Shown in pieces: positions 35,401-41,769 of a DNA stretch of 63,183 bases (positions are counted from its first letter, which is position 1; the number at the start of each line of letters is the position of its first letter). The DNA is from Acidobacteriota bacterium. Its GTDB lineage: Bacteria; Acidobacteriota; Thermoanaerobaculia; Multivoradales; JAHEKO01. The translations under genes were made by a program, and so were the position numbers. The stretch spans positions 1 to 63,183 of the forward strand of contig JADFQD010000003.1 of assembly GCA_022561975.1 (NCBI GenBank), in the 5' to 3' direction. The notes under the pieces were generated by a model, which did no database searches, was not told the origin of the DNA, and saw only the letters and a list, made by a program, of their open reading frames with translations.

Positions 35401-35431
35401 AGCCCCGGCCGGCAACGGCCGGGGCTCTTCC
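35401..35431 (+). terminator. intrinsic terminator / attenuator hairpin
   Basis: AGCCCCGGCCG-GCAA-CGGCCGGGGCT: an 11-bp stem with a GNRA loop, followed by CTTCCTC (a U-poor tail, common in high-GC genomes). Confidence 0.6.
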
Positions 35432-35502
35432 TCATCTATCGAGAGGCGCCCCGCAGCCGTGCCGCCGTCGAATCCCCAGTCGTCTCAGAGTAAGCTTGGC
35501 CG

Positions 35503-36318
35503 ATGCGGGCGCGACTCGATCCGGAGGGCCGCCGCCTGACCCTGGTCTTTGCCGGCAAGGATGCGGCGGGTGCCTACCTGGCCGAAGTCAGGGCCGTCGG
35601 CGGTCTCCAGGTCGGGCTCGATCGGCGGCTCTCGCAGTACGATGTCGTCGCGGTCCATTGGGAGATCGAAGGCCGGACGCGCGAGGCGTTCAAGTCCTAC
35701 GTCGCGAGAATCACCGGCTCCGGCGCGGAGTCATTCAAGACCGCCTTCGTGGTGCAGGACTGGAGCGAAGCGAGCGAACAGGAGCTTCTGAAATGGCTCG
35801 ATGGGCCCTTGGAAGGCTCTGCTGAGGAAGACGAGGCGGCGGAGTCAAGCGAGTCAGCCGAGCCAGTTGAGACAGGCGAGCCAGGCGAGGGTGAGGTCCG
35901 CGGGGTCGCCGCGATTCATCGGATTCAAAAGATGAACATGGGTCAGAAGACGATTCGCGCGCAACGAGCCGATCGCGCCGAGAGACAGGTTCTCTTGCGC
36001 GACACCGCGCCGCAGGTCCTACAGGGTCTGCTCGTCAACCCGCGGGTCGAGGCCAAGGAGATTCTGCGCATCGCCAAATCCACCTATGCCACCGGTGCCA
36101 TCCTGCAGCGCGTTGCCGGCGATGCCCGCTGGGGTAAGAACCAGGAAATCCTGGCGGCGATTGTGCGCAACCCCAAATCGCCGACGCTGGTGGTGACGCG
36201 CCTGATCGATAAGCTGCGAACCTCTGATCTGCGCACGATGGCCAAGATGTCGTCGGGTCTCAAAGAGATGGTGCGCAAGGCGGCACTGCGCGAGTACCTC
36301 AAGCGCTCGGGGCAGTAA
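35503..36318 (+). CDS. hypothetical protein (beta-rich N-domain, acidic linker, helical-repeat C-domain)
   Basis: High GC3. Acidic linker EEDEAAESSESAEPVETGEPGEGE. C-terminal repeats LLVNPRVEAKEILRIAKS / AIVRNPKSPTLVVTRLI. Confidence 0.75.
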   Translation: MRARLDPEGRRLTLVFAGKDAAGAYLAEVRAVGGLQVGLDRRLSQYDVVAVHWEIEGRTREAFKSYVARITGSGAESFKTAFVVQDWSEASEQELLKWLDGPLEGSAEEDEAAESSESAEPVETGEPGEGEVRGVAAIHRIQKMNMGQKTIRAQRADRAERQVLLRDTAPQVLQGLLVNPRVEAKEILRIAKSTYATGAILQRVAGDARWGKNQEILAAIVRNPKSPTLVVTRLIDKLRTSDLRTMAKMSSGLKEMVRKAALREYLKRSGQ

Positions 36319-36326
36319 CGAAAGAG

Positions 36327-38399
36327 ATGCAATTCGGTCTGACGCCGGTAGACTTCGCGGTCATCGCGCTCTACTTCGTGTTCGCGATCGGGCTCGGCCT
36401 CTACCTTTCCCGGCAGTCCGGCGATAGCGTCGAGAGTTTTTTCGTCAGCTCGCGTCAGTTGCCGTGGTGGTTGGCGGGCACCTCCATGGTGGCGACGACC
36501 TTCGCCGCCGACACGCCGCTTGCGGTGACCGGGATTATCGCCGCCGACGGCATATCGGGCAACTGGCTGTGGTGGTGCTGGGCGATCGCTCACCTTACCG
36601 CGACTTTTTTCTTTGCCCGGATGTGGCGCCGTTCGGGCGTCATCACCGACGCCGAAATCGTCGAGTTGCGCTACTCCGGGCGTCCAGCCGCGGCGCTGCG
36701 AGCGTTCAAGGCGGTCTACTTCGGACTCTTCATCAACTGCCTCACCATGGCCTGGGTGATCGCCGCCATGGTGAAAATCTCGCGTGCTTTCTTTACCGTC
36801 AACCCGGTGGTGGTGATCGTCGTGTGCATGACCGGCTCGGTTCTGTACACCTCGTTGGGCGGCTTCCGCTCGGTGGTGGTCACCGACTTTCTGCAGTTCG
36901 CCCTGGGCATGGCCGGCGCTCTGACGCTCGCGTACTTCGTGGCGGCCGAGTTCGGTGGGTTGGGATCACTGCCGACGGATCAGGCCGACGGCGCGGGGCT
37001 CCTCGGGGCCCTGGCGACATCTCTCGAGGGCACGACCCGTTCGCTCGGCGATGTCTTGGATTTCCTGCCGTCCCGGGATCATCCTACGATTCCGCCGGTT
37101 TATCTGGCGGTTCTCCTGGTGGCCGGTTGGTGGCGTTTCGCCGAGGGCAGTGGCTACATCGTCCAGAGGCTCGCCGCGTGCCGGGACGAACGCCACGCCC
37201 AGGCAGCGAGTCTCTGGTTTGCCGTGGCCCACAACGCGCTCAGGCCCTGGCCGTGGATTCTCGTCGGTCTGGCGGCCCTGGTGGTGTATCCCGACACCGA
37301 ATCCTCGGGACAGCTATCGCTCGAGGCCGTGATGGTCCGAAATGGGAGGGTCGAGATCCTGCGAGTGCGCCCGCAGCGCATCGATCTGGCCGGCGACACG
37401 GCTCTCTATGCGGGCAGCCTGCCGGCGGATTGCGAGACCGAACTGGGCGGGCGGCCGGTGAAATGGAGCGCGTGGACCGATACCGGCACCGATACCGGGA
37501 CCGGCGCGGACGGGCTGCGCGCCGATCTCACGGGTTGGCCCGAAGGCGGCCATCTTGCTCTGGTGGTTCGCTGTCCGGGAGCCGAAGCGGTGCACTTGGG
37601 GCACCTCGACATTGTCCTCGGCGACCGCGAGATGGCCTATCCGCTCTTGATGCGCAGCGCTCTGCCGCCGGTCGTGCTGGGTCTGGTCGTGGCGAGCTTG
37701 CTGGCCGCGTTCATGAGCACCGTGGATACGCACATCAACTGGGGTGCCTCCTACCTCATCCAGGATCTGTACCGTCGCTTTATCCGGCCCGATGCCTCGA
37801 CCCGCCACTACCTGGCGGCGAGCCGGGTGGCGATTCTCGTGATGGCCGTACTGGCGGGCCTGTCTGCGCTCTTCGTGGACAACATCGCCACGGTGTGGAG
37901 ATTCTTGATCACCCTCGGTGCCGGCCTCGGAAGTGTTAGTGCGGTGCGCTGGTTCTGGCCGCGGGTGACCCCGCACGCCGAGTTTGCGGCTCTCGGCGTG
38001 ACCACGGTGTCGGCCATTGCTCTGGAGCTGGCGAATCCGCTGTTTGGGGTGACGATTGCTGCGTCCACGAAGATCATGGCGGTTGCCCTGGTGAGTCTTG
38101 CCGCCTGGGTGCCCACGGCCCTCTGGGGCCCGCAGAACCTTCCGGCGACGCTCGAGTCGTTCGCGAGAAAAGTGAGGCCGCCGGGTCCCGGCTGGCGGAG
38201 GTATATCGAGGGCCCGACCGAACCCTTGGCACCTTCGGTCGCCCGCTTCGCGGCCGGTCTCGTGGTGGTGTTTGGAGGGCTCTTCGGCATCGGGGCGGTC
38301 ATTCTCGGCCGCACCATGATCGGAGTGGTCTGGATTGCGGTTGCCGCGGTCCTGGCGTTCACGAGCTCGGTTCAGACCCGACCCGGCGCACTCCGTTAG
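36327..38399 (+). CDS. sodium:solute symporter (SSF) family transporter with a ~110-aa loop insertion
   Basis: Starts 8 nt after the previous gene. About 13 TM helices. Motifs FFVSSRQLPWWLAGTSMVATTFAADTPL and AAFMSTVDTHINWGASY. Insertion at aa 323-433. Confidence 0.9.
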   Translation: MQFGLTPVDFAVIALYFVFAIGLGLYLSRQSGDSVESFFVSSRQLPWWLAGTSMVATTFAADTPLAVTGIIAADGISGNWLWWCWAIAHLTATFFFARMWRRSGVITDAEIVELRYSGRPAAALRAFKAVYFGLFINCLTMAWVIAAMVKISRAFFTVNPVVVIVVCMTGSVLYTSLGGFRSVVVTDFLQFALGMAGALTLAYFVAAEFGGLGSLPTDQADGAGLLGALATSLEGTTRSLGDVLDFLPSRDHPTIPPVYLAVLLVAGWWRFAEGSGYIVQRLAACRDERHAQAASLWFAVAHNALRPWPWILVGLAALVVYPDTESSGQLSLEAVMVRNGRVEILRVRPQRIDLAGDTALYAGSLPADCETELGGRPVKWSAWTDTGTDTGTGADGLRADLTGWPEGGHLALVVRCPGAEAVHLGHLDIVLGDREMAYPLLMRSALPPVVLGLVVASLLAAFMSTVDTHINWGASYLIQDLYRRFIRPDASTRHYLAASRVAILVMAVLAGLSALFVDNIATVWRFLITLGAGLGSVSAVRWFWPRVTPHAEFAALGVTTVSAIALELANPLFGVTIAASTKIMAVALVSLAAWVPTALWGPQNLPATLESFARKVRPPGPGWRRYIEGPTEPLAPSVARFAAGLVVVFGGLFGIGAVILGRTMIGVVWIAVAAVLAFTSSVQTRPGALR

Positions 38400-38446
38400 C
38401 CATCAGGCTAGACGATGCCGGGCCCGGCGCCTGCTACAGTCCCGGA

Positions 38447-38806
38447 ATGTGGTGCTCGACGTGTCGCGGCGAGTTCGTCGATGAAGTCACAATGTGCCCG
38501 GACTGCGGAACTCCCCTGGTCTCGGAGTTGCCCGAAGGAGAGCAGCTGGACGAGCCCTTGGTGCAGGTCTTTCGGAGCGCCGATAGCTCGCTCTGGCCGG
38601 TGATCAAATCGGTACTTTTGGGAGCCGGGATTCCGCACTTGATTCAGGGCGATGAGGCTCAGGGCCTGTATCCCTTCGGCTCGTTGGGCGGCGGGTCCGA
38701 CGACCGGCTTCTGGGGGCGGTGGTCTTGGTCCCCGAGTCGCGGCGCGAAGCCGCCGAGGCGGTGCTCGAGGAAATCGACGAAACCACCACCGATCAATCT
38801 TCGTAG
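38447..38806 (+). CDS. zinc-ribbon plus DUF2007-like small protein
   Basis: CSTCRGEF...CPDCGTP (CxxC-x12-CxxC), then a VQVFRSAD...IKSVLLGAGIP...VLVPESRREAAEAVL fold typical of DUF2007. Confidence 0.75.
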   Translation: MWCSTCRGEFVDEVTMCPDCGTPLVSELPEGEQLDEPLVQVFRSADSSLWPVIKSVLLGAGIPHLIQGDEAQGLYPFGSLGGGSDDRLLGAVVLVPESRREAAEAVLEEIDETTTDQSS

Positions 38807-38831
38807 CCCGTCTCTGTTGTTCAGGGCGACC

Positions 38832-40148
38832 ATGGCACCCAGCTCGTCTCGCCGGACTCCGCTCACCGCGGCCGATAGCGCCTGGCTGCGGATGGAGGAT
38901 TCGACCAATCTCATGACCATCACCAGCGTCATGACGTTTCGTCAACCACTGGCCTTCGAGGCGCTTTGCCGACGGGTGGAGTCGACCTTTCTTCCCTACG
39001 ATCGTTTCCGTATGCGGGTGGCCGACCCCAAGGGCAAGCTCGGCAAGCCCGCTTGGGTGGAGGCTGACTTTCGGCTCGACCAGCACATTGTTCGAATCGA
39101 GCTTTCACCGGCCGACGACAGGCAGGCCCTTCGGGATTTCGTCAGCCAGGAGATGTCGACTCCGCTCGACTTTGCCCGGCCGCTGTGGAAGTTTTATTTC
39201 ATCGAGAGCTTTCGCGGCGGGTCGGCACTGGTGAGCCGGATTCATCACTGTATCGGTGACGGGATTTCTCTGATGAAGGTGGTGCTCGGAATGACCGATC
39301 CGGAAGCTGATGCTCCGGAAGCCGCGAAGGTTGGTGCCCACGGACAGGGAGCCGGTGGTCACGGGCCCTTGGTTTCGGGCTCGAGACTTCTGCGGGTACT
39401 CAAGGCCGGAGGCAGCATCACGCGGTCTTTGGGACATCTCTTGTCGATGCGCGCGGACCCGAAGACCCTCTTCAAGGGACCGCTTGGCAAAGAGAAGCGA
39501 GCGACCTGGTCGGCCGAAATACCTTTGGCAACGGTGAAAGCGATCGGCAAGAGCATGGGCGCTACGGTCAACGACGTACTCTTGGCCGCAGTGACCGAGA
39601 CCTTGCGCACCTACCTGGCCGGTCGTGGCGAGGCCGCTCCCGAGCGGGACGTGCGGGCGGTGGTTCCGGTCAACATTCGTGCTGCCGGGGACGACGCACT
39701 CGGCAACCAGTTCGGCCTCGTCTACCTGGCGCTTCCGGTTGCCGAGACCGGCTCCCGCGAGCGGGTTCTGGCGATCAAAGAGCGAATGGACCGGCTCAAG
39801 AAATCGCCGGAAGCCCTTGTGGTGTACGCGGTGCTTAAGGCCCTGGGCGCTACCCACGCGGGGCTTCAGAGCAAGGTGATCAAGCTGCTCAGCAAGAACG
39901 CGACGGCAGTGGTGACCAACGTGCCTGGCCCGCGCCGCCCGCTCCACGTATGCGGCTGCGAGATCGACGACATGATGTTCTGGGTGCCGCAGTCCGGCCG
40001 CTTGGGCCTAGGAGTCAGCATTCTCAGCTACAACGATCAAGTGCGTGTCGGCGTCGCCACCGACGCGGGACTGGTGCCGGATCCCGAGGCCTTGACGAAG
40101 GGCTTCGAACGTGCGATCCGGGAGCTGGAGAAAAGCGCTCTCGGCTGA
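38832..40148 (+). CDS. wax ester synthase/diacylglycerol acyltransferase (WS/DGAT)
   Basis: Active-site HHxxxDG (RIHHCIGDGIS). N-terminal LTAADSAWLRMED. C-terminal NVPGP motif (VVTNVPGPRRPL). Confidence 0.9.
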   Translation: MAPSSSRRTPLTAADSAWLRMEDSTNLMTITSVMTFRQPLAFEALCRRVESTFLPYDRFRMRVADPKGKLGKPAWVEADFRLDQHIVRIELSPADDRQALRDFVSQEMSTPLDFARPLWKFYFIESFRGGSALVSRIHHCIGDGISLMKVVLGMTDPEADAPEAAKVGAHGQGAGGHGPLVSGSRLLRVLKAGGSITRSLGHLLSMRADPKTLFKGPLGKEKRATWSAEIPLATVKAIGKSMGATVNDVLLAAVTETLRTYLAGRGEAAPERDVRAVVPVNIRAAGDDALGNQFGLVYLALPVAETGSRERVLAIKERMDRLKKSPEALVVYAVLKALGATHAGLQSKVIKLLSKNATAVVTNVPGPRRPLHVCGCEIDDMMFWVPQSGRLGLGVSILSYNDQVRVGVATDAGLVPDPEALTKGFERAIRELEKSALG

Positions 40149-40184
40149 AGCGACGCGCTGTTGAAGGGAAGCCCAAACGCCAGC

Positions 40185-41708
40185 TCAGCTCTCGGCTGGG
40201 CGTACCACCTTGAGAAACATGCAGTATCCGGTGTCGTCGTAGACGATCTCGCTACTCGAAGGCTCGGGCTTCAGGCCCCTTGCCAGACTCAGCATCTGCT
40301 CAGGCTCTCGGTACTCGAGGATCCACGCACTGACGTACTCCATCATCCAGGAGGAGTCAGCGCAGTCTCTCAGGTTGCCGATGAACAGACGACCACCTGG
40401 AGCTAGCATGGAATAGAGACGCCGGGTCAGTCGCGCGGTCAGCGGCTGAGGCAAGTAATCATAAAGGCCCGCGGAATAGATCAAGTCGATGTCTCTCAAG
40501 TTGGAGGAGACGAACTCTCGCTCCTTCCGGTCTTTCGGACTGAGCACTTGCAGGATCGACAGGTGGAGGCAGTTCAAGCTCAGAGCTTCGCCGTCTCTGG
40601 GCCGCGAGAGGAGCGCGCGGTTCAGCTCCTCATTGCAGTAGCGCATCGTCTCTTCGTCTTGGTCGACAAGGATCAGCTCCACCGGATGAGCGATGGGTCC
40701 GATTTCTCGAATGAGGCGTTGAAGCTCGAGCGCCGGTCCGCAGGCCAGAGACATGATGCGAATGGGCCGATCCAAGGACGTCACGGTCTGGCTCGCGGCT
40801 ATGAGCAGGGTCTTTTCACGGGACCGGACTGCTCGTCCCAGAGTGTAGTTCTGGGTAAGAAAGTGCAGGAAGCGGCCGAAAATGCCCTCTCCCTCGAGAA
40901 CGTCCGTCATAAGCAGAAGCATGAGCTTGTAGTCGCCGGCGTAGCCCAACGGCTTCTCGAACGCTCTGCTGTGAATCGGACAAGGGTAGACCAGGGATAG
41001 GAGCTCACGGCCGGCATAGCCGCGGGCCACCGTGGCGACATCTTCGTCGAAGGCACGCGACTGTGCGTGAAGCTGACTGAGCTGTTCGTGGAAAGGACCC
41101 TTCCATTTCTCGAAGATGCGTTCGATGAGTGCTCGCTCTTCGCGTGCCCTTGCGTCTGGGTCTTTGCTCAGCATAGCTTCCGATTCGCGAAGTACGTCTC
41201 GTGCACTCAGGAGCATCTGACGTATTCTGGCAACGGCGGCTCGCCAGTCGGCTGGCAGAGTCTCGACGGCCCGGCGGTCTTGCTCAAGATGGGCCGCGAG
41301 TAGCGTCTCGATGACATTGTCACTCAGGTACAGGAGCTGGAGATCGAACAGGTTTGACGTGAATTGCAGACCCGCACGAGCTGGTGGGCCCTCGACGTTG
41401 TAAACAGCCTTGGCTTGACCCTCCCAGACGCGGGAATCCCGGTAGTCGATCTTCAGGTCATCGACCAAGCAGCCCGGGAGCAGGTCGACCCTCGAGCTGA
41501 GTTCTAATGCGACTCCGGTCGGAGAAATATCGACGATCGCTATGGGTCCGATGCTCACTCCGTCGAGAATAAACTGACAAGAGAGATCGAAGCGCAGGTC
41601 TTCCGAGGTCAAGCGGCGAGGCCTGAATCTAAGGGATTCGACGCCGCCGATGAGGTCGGAGTGCGAAGCGCCCAGATCGTCCCGGGCAAGTTTCACGGGG
41701 CTACTCAT
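40185..41708 (-). CDS. PilZ domain fused to a class I SAM-dependent methyltransferase (PhcB-like)
   Basis: PilZ motifs RFRPR (RxxxR) and DISPTG (DxSxxG). KPLGYAGDY. SAM motif I IMSLACGPALE. Post-I LILVDQD. YSAGLYDYL. APGGRLFIGN. Lower GC3 than the flanking genes. Confidence 0.85.
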   Translation of the reverse strand: MSSPVKLARDDLGASHSDLIGGVESLRFRPRRLTSEDLRFDLSCQFILDGVSIGPIAIVDISPTGVALELSSRVDLLPGCLVDDLKIDYRDSRVWEGQAKAVYNVEGPPARAGLQFTSNLFDLQLLYLSDNVIETLLAAHLEQDRRAVETLPADWRAAVARIRQMLLSARDVLRESEAMLSKDPDARAREERALIERIFEKWKGPFHEQLSQLHAQSRAFDEDVATVARGYAGRELLSLVYPCPIHSRAFEKPLGYAGDYKLMLLLMTDVLEGEGIFGRFLHFLTQNYTLGRAVRSREKTLLIAASQTVTSLDRPIRIMSLACGPALELQRLIREIGPIAHPVELILVDQDEETMRYCNEELNRALLSRPRDGEALSLNCLHLSILQVLSPKDRKEREFVSSNLRDIDLIYSAGLYDYLPQPLTARLTRRLYSMLAPGGRLFIGNLRDCADSSWMMEYVSAWILEYREPEQMLSLARGLKPEPSSSEIVYDDTGYCMFLKVVRPAES

Positions 41709-41769
41709 GAACAAACCAACGGCAGCTATTTCTTCAAAGTTGTAGTGGGTGCGTCGAAGGAGGCTATGA

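Noticed and set aside
35196-35435. 79-codon minus-strand ORF, and the 14-codon plus-strand uORF (35274-35318), inside the candidate RNA region.
   Set aside because: Composition and codon bias are not protein-like, and the region is better explained by RNA structure. The uORF cannot be excluded as a leader peptide, but nothing supports it.
41766-41768. ATG 41766 as the start of the sensor kinase.
   Set aside because: It is in a different frame (ORF 41661-41921) and only 2 nt after the SD. TTG 41770 is in frame with ideal spacing.
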